A DNA stretch of 31,264 bases from an uncultured Flavobacteriales bacterium (GTDB lineage Bacteria > Bacteroidota > Bacteroidia > Flavobacteriales_D > Sanyastnellaceae). Of the stretch, positions 9,420-18,263 are shown one piece after another (position 1 is the stretch's first letter; each line of letters opens with the position of its first letter). The notes below the pieces were generated by a model, which had not been told where the DNA came from, searched no databases, and worked only from the letters and a program-made list of their open reading frames with translations. The position numbers and the translations under genes were made by a program. The stretch covers positions 1 through 31,264 of the forward strand of contig CAXDQP010000001.1 of assembly GCA_963991335.1 (NCBI GenBank), written 5' to 3'.

Positions 9420-10867
9420 TATCCTACGCTTCCTTCCAGTGAAATGGACAAGAGTTTTTGTGCTTCCACGGCAAATTCCATGGGCAACTGGTTCAAGACT
9501 TCTTTCGCGTATCCGTTGACAATCAAGCTGATGGCTTGCTCCTCATCGATGCCACGCTGCAGGCAATAAAAAATCTGATCTTCCCCGATCTTCGAGGTTG
9601 TCGCTTCGTGTTCCACTTTCGCTGTGGGGTTCTTGACCTCGATGTACGGGAAGGTGTGTGCGCCACTGGTATCCGTCATCAACAGCGAATCACATTGTGA
9701 AAAATTCCGTGCATTGTCCGCGGAAGGCATGACCTGAACCAAACCGCGGTAGCTGTTGTGGCTTTTGCCCGCGCTAATGCCTTTGGAAATGATCGTGGAG
9801 TGGGTGTTTTTGCCCAAATGAATCATTTTCGTTCCAGTGTCGGCTTGCTGCGCATTGTTCGTCACAGCAACGCTGTAAAATTCTCCTACGCTGTGGTCTC
9901 CTTTCAGAATGCAACTCGGGTATTTCCACGTCACCGCCGAACCGGTCTCGACTTGCGTCCAACTGATCTTCGAGCGGCGATGGCAAATGCCTCGCTTGGT
10001 GACGAAATTGAATACGCCGCCTTTGCCTTCTGCATCCCCCGGATACCAATTCTGGACCGTGGAGTACTTGATCTCCGCTTCATCGAGGGCGACCAACTCC
10101 ACCACCGCAGCATGAAGTTGATTTTCGTCGCGCTGGGGCGCTGTGCATCCTTCGAGGTAACTCACGTAGCTCGATTCATCTGCCACCACGAGCGTTCGCT
10201 CGAATTGGCCGGTTCCCGATTCGTTGATGCGGAAATAGGTGCTCAGCTCCATGGGGCATCGGACCCCTTTCGGGATGTAGCAAAATGACCCGTCAGTGAA
10301 CACGGCCGCGTTCAAGGCCGAAAAGAAATTGTCCTTGGTTGGAACCACGCTGCCGAGGTACTTCTGCACCAGTTCCGGATGCTCTTTGACCGCATCGCTC
10401 ATGGAGCAAAAGATGATGCCCAACTCGCCCAGTTTTTCCTTGAACGAGGTCGCGACAGAGACCGAATCCATCACAAAATCCACCGCCACGCCCGACAACC
10501 GCTTCTGCTCCTCCATCGATATGCCCAACTTATCCATGGTCTTCCGCATCTCCGGATCCACCTCGTCCAATGAGTTAAGCTGCTTTTTTTGCTTGGGCGC
10601 TGAGTAATAACTAATTGCCTGATAATCCGGTTTTTGGTAGTGAAGATGAGGCCAATCGGGCTCCTTCATTTTTTGCCAGACGGCAAAGGCATCCAGGCGC
10701 CACTTCAGCAGCCACTCCGGCTCTTCCTTTTTGGATGAAATCAGCCGAATGATGTCCTCATTGAGTCCAGCAGGCGCCTTATCGGATTCAATGTCAGTGG
10801 TGAAACCGAATTCATACGATTTCCCCGTGACTTCTTCCAATACCTTATCGTTGCCGTCGTATGCCAT
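9419..10867 (-). CDS. sufB: Fe-S cluster assembly protein SufB
   Basis: [30 protein letters not shown] and [13 protein letters not shown]. Confidence 0.97.
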   Translation of the reverse strand: MAYDGNDKVLEEVTGKSYEFGFTTDIESDKAPAGLNEDIIRLISSKKEEPEWLLKWRLDAFAVWQKMKEPDWPHLHYQKPDYQAISYYSAPKQKKQLNSLDEVDPEMRKTMDKLGISMEEQKRLSGVAVDFVMDSVSVATSFKEKLGELGIIFCSMSDAVKEHPELVQKYLGSVVPTKDNFFSALNAAVFTDGSFCYIPKGVRCPMELSTYFRINESGTGQFERTLVVADESSYVSYLEGCTAPQRDENQLHAAVVELVALDEAEIKYSTVQNWYPGDAEGKGGVFNFVTKRGICHRRSKISWTQVETGSAVTWKYPSCILKGDHSVGEFYSVAVTNNAQQADTGTKMIHLGKNTHSTIISKGISAGKSHNSYRGLVQVMPSADNARNFSQCDSLLMTDTSGAHTFPYIEVKNPTAKVEHEATTSKIGEDQIFYCLQRGIDEEQAISLIVNGYAKEVLNQLPMEFAVEAQKLLSISLEGSVG

Positions 10868-10906
10868 CGGTCTGAATCAAGTTTTAATCCTAGTGGATAT
10901 GTCTTC

Positions 10907-11233
10907 TTACAATGAAAAACTCTCTCCGCAGCCACATGTTCGATTGGCATTGGGATTGTAGAACTGAAAACCCTTTCCATTGAGGCCTCCGCTGAACTGC
11001 AGTTCTGTGCCTACCAAATACAAGTAACTCTTCCGATCAACGACAACTTTGACCCCGTTGTTCTCAAACACCTCATCGCCTTCCTTCATGTCGTGATCAA
11101 ACGTCATTTCGTACAACAAGCCGGAACATCCACCTCCTTTCACTCCGACCCGCACAAAACTTCCTTCCGGATGCTCATCAGCACTCAGCAATTTGAGCAC
11201 TTCATCCCGCGCGCTTTCATTGACTGTAATCAT
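10907..11233 (-). CDS. A-type Fe-S carrier (HesB/IscA/SufA family)
   Basis: RVGVKGGGCSG and C-terminal CGCGESF motifs; first gene of the suf run. Confidence 0.93.
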   Translation of the reverse strand: MITVNESARDEVLKLLSADEHPEGSFVRVGVKGGGCSGLLYEMTFDHDMKEGDEVFENNGVKVVVDRKSYLYLVGTELQFSGGLNGKGFQFYNPNANRTCGCGESFSL

Positions 11234-11256
11234 CTTGTTTCTTTGGTTAGTCCTGA

Positions 11257-11264
11257 CAAATATA
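11257..11264 (-). promoter_or_regulatory. -7 promoter element (TATATTTG) of the suf operon
   Basis: Exact TAnnTTTG match 23 nt upstream of ATG11233, in an AT-rich divergent intergenic region. Confidence 0.7.
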
Positions 11265-11268
11265 CTTT

Positions 11269-11287
11269 ATTTAAAACCATTCTAAAC
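11269..11287. promoter_or_regulatory. Imperfect 8-3-8 palindrome (ATTTAAAA-CCA-TTCTAAAC), candidate operator of the suf promoter
   Basis: Arms match at 6 of 8 positions. It lies immediately upstream of the suf -7 box, in the spacer/-33 region. Confidence 0.4.
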
Positions 11288-11349
11288 TGCGATAGCAAAC
11301 GCTTCACAAGCGAATAACAATGATTGGCACATCATTCGTTTTTATCTCG

Positions 11350-11357
11350 CATATTTG
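11350..11357 (+). promoter_or_regulatory. Possible -7 element (CATATTTG) for ftsX
   Basis: One mismatch to TAnnTTTG, 16 nt upstream of ATG11374. Confidence 0.4.
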
Positions 11358-11373
11358 GGCTTCGAAACAGCCC

Positions 11374-12255
11374 ATGTCGTCCAAAACTCCCTCATCCAAG
11401 CGGCCTTCCGGTGCGCAAATCACCACAACGGTGACCACCACGGTGGGCATGAGCCTGACGCTTCTGCTCATTGGTTTGCTCATCGTCTTGGGATTTCTCG
11501 GGGTGCATTGGGAGCGGCAATTGCGTCAAGAGGCGCGCGTCCAAGTGTTTTTCCAGCGTGAAGTGGAGGCCAACATCCTTCTGGAAGCGAAGGAAATGCT
11601 GCGAACAGACCCTGCCGTTGCTTCCGTCTCGTTCATCCAAGCCGAAGAGGCGAGCGCCGATTTGGAAGAACAGCTCGGTGAATCTTTTGTCGATTTCCTC
11701 GGCTACGTTCCACTTTCAGACGTCATGGACTTGCGCATGAAGCCCGATTGGAGCACCACTGCAGAGTTGGAAAACGCGGTGCAGCGCATGGAACAGATTC
11801 CCGGGATTGCCGAAGTAGTCTGGCAATCTGAGTTGCTGGAACAAATCGAAGCCACCATTGAACGGTTGATGGCGCCTCTTGCCGGACTTGCTTTGCTCTT
11901 CATGTTCGCCGCATTCGCCCTCATGAACAACACCATCCGGCTCACCATTTTTGCGCGTCGGTTTGTCATCAAAACGATGCAATTGGTCGGCGCACATCCC
12001 CGGGCCATTCGATCGCCCTTCATCCGACAAGGCGTTTTTTATGGCGTAATCTCGGGCGGCATCGCCTTTACTGCAATCAATGGACTCCTTTCCATGGTAA
12101 CGTTCCAAAACGCCGCACTGCTCGAGCCATTTAACCTCATCTACCTCGGTGCTTTGTTCGTGATTCTCACCTCCATCGGTGGGGTTTTCGGTGGGATTTC
12201 CACGGCAGTTGCCGTCAATCGATTCCTGCGAAGCCGATTGGACAGGTTGCACTAA
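11374..12255 (+). CDS. ftsX: Cell division permease-like protein FtsX
   Basis: N-terminal TM, periplasmic loop ESFVDFLGYVPL, NNTIRLTIFARRFVIKTMQLVGA..IRSPF and C-terminal TMs. ATG11374 is preferred over 11320. Confidence 0.88.
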   Translation: MSSKTPSSKRPSGAQITTTVTTTVGMSLTLLLIGLLIVLGFLGVHWERQLRQEARVQVFFQREVEANILLEAKEMLRTDPAVASVSFIQAEEASADLEEQLGESFVDFLGYVPLSDVMDLRMKPDWSTTAELENAVQRMEQIPGIAEVVWQSELLEQIEATIERLMAPLAGLALLFMFAAFALMNNTIRLTIFARRFVIKTMQLVGAHPRAIRSPFIRQGVFYGVISGGIAFTAINGLLSMVTFQNAALLEPFNLIYLGALFVILTSIGGVFGGISTAVAVNRFLRSRLDRLH

Positions 12256-12260
12256 ATTTG
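12253..12260 (+). promoter_or_regulatory. -7 element (TAAATTTG) overlapping the ftsX stop codon
   Basis: Exact TAnnTTTG match whose first three bases are the ftsX TAA; 6 nt upstream of ATG12267. Confidence 0.5.
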
Positions 12261-12266
12261 TGACTC

Positions 12267-12500
12267 ATGAAAGACTCCACAGAAGGATCAACGGGATTTG
12301 CTTTTCAGCGATCGAACTACCAATGGCTCATTGCTGGCATTGGCCTTTTGATCGTCGGCTACATCCTCATGTCAGGTGGAGCCGCGGAGGACCCCACTGC
12401 ATTCAGTGAGGAGATTTTCAACTTCCGACGCATTACGCTCGCCCCGATTGTTGTGCTTGGTGGCTATGGCACCATTTTTTACGCCATTCTCAAGCGCTGA
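12267..12500 (+). CDS. DUF3098-family small membrane protein
   Basis: 77 aa, NYQWLIAG..GYILMSGG..FSEEIFNFRRITLAP; lies between ftsX and uppP, as I recall is usual in Bacteroidota. Confidence 0.85.
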   Translation: MKDSTEGSTGFAFQRSNYQWLIAGIGLLIVGYILMSGGAAEDPTAFSEEIFNFRRITLAPIVVLGGYGTIFYAILKR

Positions 12501-13300
12501 TGTCCCATTGGGAAGCCATCATCCTTGGCTTGATCCAGGGGTTGACCGAATTTTTGCCCGTGAGCAGCTCAGGCCACTTGGAATTGGGCAAGTCCCTCTT
12601 TGGTTTGGCAGAGGTGGATTTAACCTTTAGTATTTTGGTTCACGGCGCCACCGCCTGCAGCACATTGGTTGTGTTTCGCAAGGACATTGCTCAACTCATC
12701 GTAGGATCGTTTGCTTCGGAATCCAGCCGAGCCGAACCGGCACGGAGCTATGTTTTTTGGCTCGCCATATCCGTAATCCCCGCTGTTTTGGTCGCGTTCA
12801 CTTTGCGGCATGCTCTGGAAGATTTCTTCATCAATCATCCCAATCGGGTAGGGTGGTCGTTGTGCGCAACAGCGCTCATTTTGTTTGCTTCTGAGCGCGT
12901 AAAACCGCAAAAACAAGACGTCTCCTTGAAAACCGGCTTGCTCATTGGGTGCGCGCAAGCGTTTGCCATCATTCCAGGCATCAGTCGGTCAGGCTCCACC
13001 ATCGGAGCCGCCATTGCCTTGGGAATCTCTCGGGAAGAGGCGGCGCGATTCAGTTTTCTAATGGCCCTGCCGGTCATCTTCGGAGCGACCGCACTGGAGT
13101 TGATTGACCTGTACCAAGATGGCATAGGACAAGGCGCGGCGGTGAGTTGGCAGGCATACGCATTGGGCGCAGTCGCAGCCTTCACAAGTGGGTGGGTGGC
13201 TTGCCAATGGATGATTCGGTTTGTCAAGCGTACCAAAATGCACACGTTTGCCGTTTACTGCCTAGTCGTCGGGCTATTGACCTCCTTCTTACTCGCTTAA
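12500..13300 (+). CDS. uppP: Undecaprenyl-diphosphate phosphatase (BacA/UppP)
   Basis: GLIQGLTEFLPVSSSGHL and AIIPGISRSGSTI signature motifs, multiple TMs. Confidence 0.95.
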   Translation: MSHWEAIILGLIQGLTEFLPVSSSGHLELGKSLFGLAEVDLTFSILVHGATACSTLVVFRKDIAQLIVGSFASESSRAEPARSYVFWLAISVIPAVLVAFTLRHALEDFFINHPNRVGWSLCATALILFASERVKPQKQDVSLKTGLLIGCAQAFAIIPGISRSGSTIGAAIALGISREEAARFSFLMALPVIFGATALELIDLYQDGIGQGAAVSWQAYALGAVAAFTSGWVACQWMIRFVKRTKMHTFAVYCLVVGLLTSFLLA

Positions 13301-13301
13301 A

Positions 13302-13841
13302 ATGAACTTGAGAATCTTATTTTTTCTCGCCCTTGGGGCTTGGGTTTGGACCGGATGTTCAAACGTAACTTTTGAGGAGCCGATGCCACAGAAACGACGA
13401 AATTTGAAGGATTTCCCCAACAAATGGCAAGGCACCTGGTCAGATGATGAAAACCTGACGTTGGTCATCAATCCCACTTCATTTTATGACGAAAACTCGC
13501 CAGCAGACTCCATGGTCGTTGGCACAGACGTGTTGCTTCGCAGGTTCCACGGTTACCTTGCAGTCAACCAAATTGGTGACAATGGCCAATACCAAATCGT
13601 TCTTGCCCGTCGTTGGAAGGACGAGATCAAGATTTACGCGTTCGAATCCAGTGACGATGCTTTGGCGGTCTGGCAAGAAGTCCTGGGTGGAGCCTTCGAG
13701 GCCCGCTCGGAAAACCCCCTGGAAAAAGAGACGTACATCTTGAAGCCTGAGAATAATCTAGCCTTCCGTCAATTGCTCATTAAGGGAGGAGTGACTTTGT
13801 CCAACACGTTGACGCGAAGAAGTCCGAGACATTTGGACTAG
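13302..13841 (+). CDS. Hypothetical lipoprotein
   Basis: Short hydrophobic signal ending in WTGC, followed by VTFEEPMP. Starts 1 nt after the uppP stop and ends at TAG. Confidence 0.7.
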   Translation: MNLRILFFLALGAWVWTGCSNVTFEEPMPQKRRNLKDFPNKWQGTWSDDENLTLVINPTSFYDENSPADSMVVGTDVLLRRFHGYLAVNQIGDNGQYQIVLARRWKDEIKIYAFESSDDALAVWQEVLGGAFEARSENPLEKETYILKPENNLAFRQLLIKGGVTLSNTLTRRSPRHLD

Positions 13842-13844
13842 CCC

Positions 13845-14582
13845 TCAAGCACGATCGTTGGCTGCGACGACATCCCAGTTGATGCGCTCCATAAATGCCG
13901 CGATATAAGCTTTCCGGTCATTCTGGTAATTCAAGTAGTAGGCGTGTTCCCAAACATCGATGCCGAGCAACGGCGTACCCGTGGATTCTAGAACTCCTGC
14001 CATAAGAGGATTGTCTTGATTGGGGGTGCTTGTCACCCGTAACGCACCGGTGGCATCGCGCATCAACCACGCCCAGCCGGATCCAAAACGCGTCGCTGCT
14101 GCCGTTGCAAATTCCGTTTGAAATCCGTCGAGCGAGCCGAACGTGTCCATCAATTCCTTTTTCAAGTCCCCTTCTGGCGCAATTGCACCGCCAGGAGTCA
14201 AGGTTCGCCAGTACAACGTATGGTTGTAATGGCCCCCGCCATTGTTGCGCAACGCCGTATCCTCCGGTTTCAACGTTTGCAGCAGTTCCACCAGCGACTG
14301 ATTTTCCTTCGAACCGCCAGCGGCCAGCAAAGCACGATTCAGTTTGGTGACATAGCCGGCATGGTGTTTGCCGTAATGAATTTCCATGGTAACCGGATCA
14401 ATCGCAGGCGCTAGCGCTGAAAAATCATACCCCAATGGCTCCTGCTCGAACAAAAAAGGGCGCGGCCTGCTGCCTTTGACTTTTGGCGCATCCGCAGTGT
14501 TCGTCCCGCAGCTCGCCAAAGGAGCGATCAATATTCCTGCACCTGCTGTTCCCGCCAATTTGATGAATGTCCGCTTTTTCAT
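13845..14582 (-). CDS. sodA: Fe/Mn-family superoxide dismutase (Mn-type signature) with Tat-like lipoprotein signal
   Basis: MEIHYGKHHAGY, NNGGGHYNH, FGSGWAWL, STPNQD and DVWEHAYY. N-terminus is MKKRTFIK...PLASC. ATG14582 is preferred over the ORF-track start 14654. Confidence 0.9.
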   Translation of the reverse strand: MKKRTFIKLAGTAGAGILIAPLASCGTNTADAPKVKGSRPRPFLFEQEPLGYDFSALAPAIDPVTMEIHYGKHHAGYVTKLNRALLAAGGSKENQSLVELLQTLKPEDTALRNNGGGHYNHTLYWRTLTPGGAIAPEGDLKKELMDTFGSLDGFQTEFATAAATRFGSGWAWLMRDATGALRVTSTPNQDNPLMAGVLESTGTPLLGIDVWEHAYYLNYQNDRKAYIAAFMERINWDVVAANDRA

Positions 14583-14586
14583 ACCA

Positions 14587-14594
14587 CAAAGATG
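14587..14594 (-). promoter_or_regulatory. Possible -7 element (CATCTTTG) for sod
   Basis: One mismatch to TAnnTTTG, 4 nt upstream of ATG14582. Confidence 0.45.
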
Positions 14595-14659
14595 CGTCTT
14601 CCACGGCAATGTGTGCACATCCCACACAATGCTTGTGCACGGAGCATCGTTCAAGTCTG

Positions 14660-14667
14660 TAGCTTCG
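14660..14667 (+). promoter_or_regulatory. Possible -7 element (TAGCTTCG) for the AsmA-like gene
   Basis: TAnnTTCG variant, 11 nt upstream of ATG14679, divergent from the sod box. Confidence 0.45.
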
Positions 14668-14678
14668 AATGGCTGATC

Positions 14679-17036
14679 ATGCGAAAAATTAAATCCTTTG
14701 CCCTCCTTTTGTTCATTGCCCTCTCACTGGCAATAGGAGGCAGCGCTTATTGGCTTTTCCAGAACGAAGACAAAGCAGAGGCCGCGATTCTAAAGGCTTT
14801 GTCGGAACGCTTAAAAACGGATGGTCACATCGAATCCGTTCACCTTGACGTTTGGTCTTCATTTCCTCATGTGTCACTGGTGCTATCCAATGTCCACGTC
14901 TTGGGTTCAGCCAATCGCCCCGATACCCTGCTCCGAGCCCAAGAGTTGGCCTTGGAATGCAATGCTTGGAAACTCCTCCAAGGCCAGTACCAGTTGCAAG
15001 CGCTGCGTCTTGACGGTGCGCACGTTCAACTTTTACAAGGCCGCAATGGAAAGTGGAATACCGACGTTTGGAAGTCCTCCGAAGACTCCACAAAAACGGC
15101 GCTTTTTGCCATCGATGAATTGGCGGTAGTGAATTCATCGGTGATGGTTGGCAATCGCCAAATCAAAATTGCAGAAGCATTCGCATCCCTCGAATGGTCC
15201 AATTCGGCAATGATCGCGTCCGGTTTCGGCCAAATGGACCGGTTCAATTCCCCAGAATGGAGCACTTCTTCTCCCCTCCGATGGGAGGCGACGTGCGAAT
15301 ATGATGCTGACATCAATCAGTTGGGTCTGTCCATGAAACAGGCCGAATGGATGGGAGCCAACTGGCAACTTGAATTGACCTATGCCTCCTCCGAATGGAC
15401 GGCCACAGGCCAAACCGATCAACTCGCGATCAGCAACGTGCTCCGGCTCATTGATTTGCCCCGTCCATGGGACCGGTTGCAAACCGAAGCAAAAGCCGAT
15501 GGCAATTGGTCTTGGGAAGGTGGTGTATTCAAGTCCAATTGGCGTGTCGATACGGACCATTGGGTGGTTCCATTTGCCGGTGAAGAAGCATTCGATTTGA
15601 ACCTCGATGCCGGCGGTAAAATTTGGTTGAAATACGAGAAAGGACAATGGCGTGCAGACCTTCCGGTGTTGGAAATCACCGCGCCGGGATTGGAATGGCA
15701 AGGAGAAGTCCATGACTTTCTTCCTCAGCGGGGCTCTTTCGATGCGGAAGGCTCAGGTGCCATTGATTGGGGGCGATGGATTGAGATGCCGGAGCCTATT
15801 CAATGGAAAGGCCAACGGCCCCAGTCCGGAACGCTGACCTGGAATGCTTCCATAAGCCTATCGGACAGTGATGTCTGGAACGTGAAGGGTGATGGGTATG
15901 CGGACGCTTGGACGGGTGCATTCAAAGGCACGCCATGGGCATTTTCGGGAGAGGGTGAAATCGATAGTGAACAACAATTCGAAGCGGCTGGAATGGCTTC
16001 ATGGGACGGGGTTCCATTCACGGGCCAAGCGAAAATGCTCCGGCCGATGGCTCAACTTCAAGAAGGAACTTCGCGGGTAGAACTCGCTGTGGCGTTGGAT
16101 CACTGGGTGTATGCCCCCGAAAGCAATGCGCCAGAGAATGCCATTGACCTTGCCTCCCTGCGGTTGCCGGAGGGAACGGACTGGACGGTGCAAGCCAAAA
16201 TTGGTCACCTCCAATATGGGCTGTGGGCCATGGAAAATGTAACGGCCGACGGGCAATTGACTCCCAACCGTTGGAGTGTTTCACGTTTCTCTGCCAACAC
16301 CTTGAGCGGGACCTTGCTCGGTGATGCTTCCATCGAATTTCAAACCCCTCAAAAAGCGGTTGTCATCGCACATCCAGCCCTCTCTGGTTGCGATTTGCAT
16401 GAGCTCTTTTTCGCCTTCAATGATTTTGACCAGAAGACATTGCGTGCAGAACACCTCACCGGAACAATTGGGGCCACGGGCTCTGTTCAATTTCAGTGGC
16501 TCGACGATTTGACGTGGCAACCGCAAACGCTGGATGTTTTGGGAACCGCTTCGATTTCTGGTGGCACCTTAAAAAATCTCGAAGCCTTTGATGACATCGC
16601 CGATTACTTAAAAGAAAATCGGATGATGGCCCCCCTCGTCGATCCCAATGACCTTCGAAGCAGGCTGAAATATGTCGAACTCGAAGACCTCGAGTCCGCG
16701 GTTTACATCTCCAATGAATCTGTGCAATTGCCGCAAGTGGACATCCGCTCCTCAGCAATGAATATTTCATTGGAAGGTTCATACGGATTCAACGAATCGT
16801 TGGATTATACCCTTGGCTTTGCCATGCGTGATTTGAGGAATTCCCGCAATGACGAATTTGGGCTTATTGAAGATGACGGCCTCGGACAACAATTTTTCAT
16901 TGCCATGAACGGAACGGTGGATGAACCGAGTTACCGCTGGGATCGTGATGCACAAAAGAACCACCGGCGCGAAAACCTCCAACGCGAAAAAGAATTGCTC
17001 AAAACCCTATTCCGCCGGTCTTCGGACTCGCCCTAA
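14679..17036 (+). CDS. AsmA-like membrane-anchored beta-rich protein
   Basis: N-terminal TM anchor, SSFPHVSLVLSNV..LQGQYQL..GKWNTDVWK (AsmA N-region) and C-terminal DIRSSAMNISLEGSYGFNESLDY. ATG14679 is preferred over 14592. Confidence 0.75.
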   Translation: MRKIKSFALLLFIALSLAIGGSAYWLFQNEDKAEAAILKALSERLKTDGHIESVHLDVWSSFPHVSLVLSNVHVLGSANRPDTLLRAQELALECNAWKLLQGQYQLQALRLDGAHVQLLQGRNGKWNTDVWKSSEDSTKTALFAIDELAVVNSSVMVGNRQIKIAEAFASLEWSNSAMIASGFGQMDRFNSPEWSTSSPLRWEATCEYDADINQLGLSMKQAEWMGANWQLELTYASSEWTATGQTDQLAISNVLRLIDLPRPWDRLQTEAKADGNWSWEGGVFKSNWRVDTDHWVVPFAGEEAFDLNLDAGGKIWLKYEKGQWRADLPVLEITAPGLEWQGEVHDFLPQRGSFDAEGSGAIDWGRWIEMPEPIQWKGQRPQSGTLTWNASISLSDSDVWNVKGDGYADAWTGAFKGTPWAFSGEGEIDSEQQFEAAGMASWDGVPFTGQAKMLRPMAQLQEGTSRVELAVALDHWVYAPESNAPENAIDLASLRLPEGTDWTVQAKIGHLQYGLWAMENVTADGQLTPNRWSVSRFSANTLSGTLLGDASIEFQTPQKAVVIAHPALSGCDLHELFFAFNDFDQKTLRAEHLTGTIGATGSVQFQWLDDLTWQPQTLDVLGTASISGGTLKNLEAFDDIADYLKENRMMAPLVDPNDLRSRLKYVELEDLESAVYISNESVQLPQVDIRSSAMNISLEGSYGFNESLDYTLGFAMRDLRNSRNDEFGLIEDDGLGQQFFIAMNGTVDEPSYRWDRDAQKNHRRENLQREKELLKTLFRRSSDSP

Positions 17037-17041
17037 TTTTG
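17034..17041 (+). promoter_or_regulatory. -7 element (TAATTTTG) overlapping the AsmA-like gene stop codon
   Basis: Exact TAnnTTTG match that starts with the upstream TAA; 5 nt before ATG17047. Confidence 0.5.
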
Positions 17042-17046
17042 CTCCC

Positions 17047-17553
17047 ATGAATTTTCAAGAGAAAGCCCTCGAGCACATCGAATTCGCCAAAGAAACGTTG
17101 TTGCAGGAACCTACTAATCCCTTGGTTTGGAAGCAATTGCAAGACGCACTGCATCTCGCGCTGGAAGCGGTGACCCTTGCCGCACATCAGCGACCCGAAG
17201 AACCGGTTGAAAAAATCGTTGTTCCCGAAACCCCAGACGAAAGCACCCCTGTCGTCAGCATGGAGTCAACCCTTGCAGATCCGGGGCCCAGCATCGCTGA
17301 AGCAATAAGTGAACAGCGCATTGCCTCCATTCAGAGCACGCTGAGCATCAATGATCGGGTGCGATTTGCGAGCGATTTGTTCGGAGGAGATGTGCCCAAA
17401 TTACTCGCTATTTGCGCTGAAATCGAAGCTATAAGTTCCTTTGAAGCTGCCGTTGAGCATTTGGAGCGGCATGCAACGGTTGAGGTAAATTGGGACGATG
17501 AGGATGGGGCTGCCTTTGAATTTTTACAGCGCCTGCGCCGTTTATTTGCGTGA
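17047..17553 (+). CDS. Conserved hypothetical protein
   Basis: 168 aa: helical N-terminus, acidic/Pro-rich linker, and a C-terminal LSINDRVRFASDLFGGD...FLQRLRRLF segment resembling a Bacteroidota hypothetical family. ATG17047 follows the promoter box; the stop overlaps the next gene. Confidence 0.65.
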   Translation: MNFQEKALEHIEFAKETLLQEPTNPLVWKQLQDALHLALEAVTLAAHQRPEEPVEKIVVPETPDESTPVVSMESTLADPGPSIAEAISEQRIASIQSTLSINDRVRFASDLFGGDVPKLLAICAEIEAISSFEAAVEHLERHATVEVNWDDEDGAAFEFLQRLRRLFA

Positions 17554-17555
17554 TC

Positions 17556-18248
17556 ATGTCAGATTTTGAAATGCAGCAGGGAGCGGTTTACCTCGTGCCG
17601 ACGCCCATCGGCAATTTGCTGGACTTCGCGCCCCGGGCTATAGCGACCTTGAAGCGAGTGGATTACATCTTGGCAGAAGACACGCGCACGACGGGCAAAT
17701 TGGTACGGCATTTTGGAATCGATACGCCTTTGAAAGCCCACCACCAACACAATGAACACCGCGGAATTCCAGGGTGGATTAGCGCTTTGCAAGCTGGACA
17801 AACCTTGGGTGTCTGCTCTGACGCAGGTACACCTGGCATTTCCGACCCGGCCTTCTTGTTGGTGCGCGCCTGCGTTGAAAATGACATCCCGGTCATTTGC
17901 CTGCCCGGGCCTTCCGCATTCGTGCCGGCTTTGGTCGTCTCCGGTATCCCTTGTGATCGATTTGTCTTTGAAGGGTTTTTGCCCCACAAAAAAGGCCGTC
18001 AAAAACGCCTTTCGGCACTGGCAAATGAGGAGCGAACGGTGGTTTTTTACGAATCCCCCCATCGCATCATCAAACTCCTCGAAGAAATCGGTGAGCATTG
18101 CGGTCCCGAGCGTGCCATCTCCTGCTCGCGTGAGATTAGCAAACTGCACGAACAAACGTTGCGCGGTACCTCACCTGTGCTCATTGAACACTTCAAGTTG
18201 CATGAACCCAGAGGAGAGTTTGTCGTAATCGTCGCGGGGAAGAAGTAG
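17556..18248 (+). CDS. rsmI: 16S rRNA (cytidine1402-2'-O)-methyltransferase
   Basis: YLVPTPIGNL, AEDTRT, SDAGTPGISDP, FEGFLPHKKGRQ, FYESPHR and REISKLHE. The start may be GTG17550, ATG17556 or ATG17571. Confidence 0.95.
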   Translation: MSDFEMQQGAVYLVPTPIGNLLDFAPRAIATLKRVDYILAEDTRTTGKLVRHFGIDTPLKAHHQHNEHRGIPGWISALQAGQTLGVCSDAGTPGISDPAFLLVRACVENDIPVICLPGPSAFVPALVVSGIPCDRFVFEGFLPHKKGRQKRLSALANEERTVVFYESPHRIIKLLEEIGEHCGPERAISCSREISKLHEQTLRGTSPVLIEHFKLHEPRGEFVVIVAGKK

Positions 18249-18263
18249 CGCGGAAACCGCCAT

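Noticed and set aside
18250-18260. GCGG-AAA-CCGC mini-hairpin between rsmI and radA
   Set aside because: It has a four-bp stem and no U-tract on either strand, which is too weak to call a terminator.
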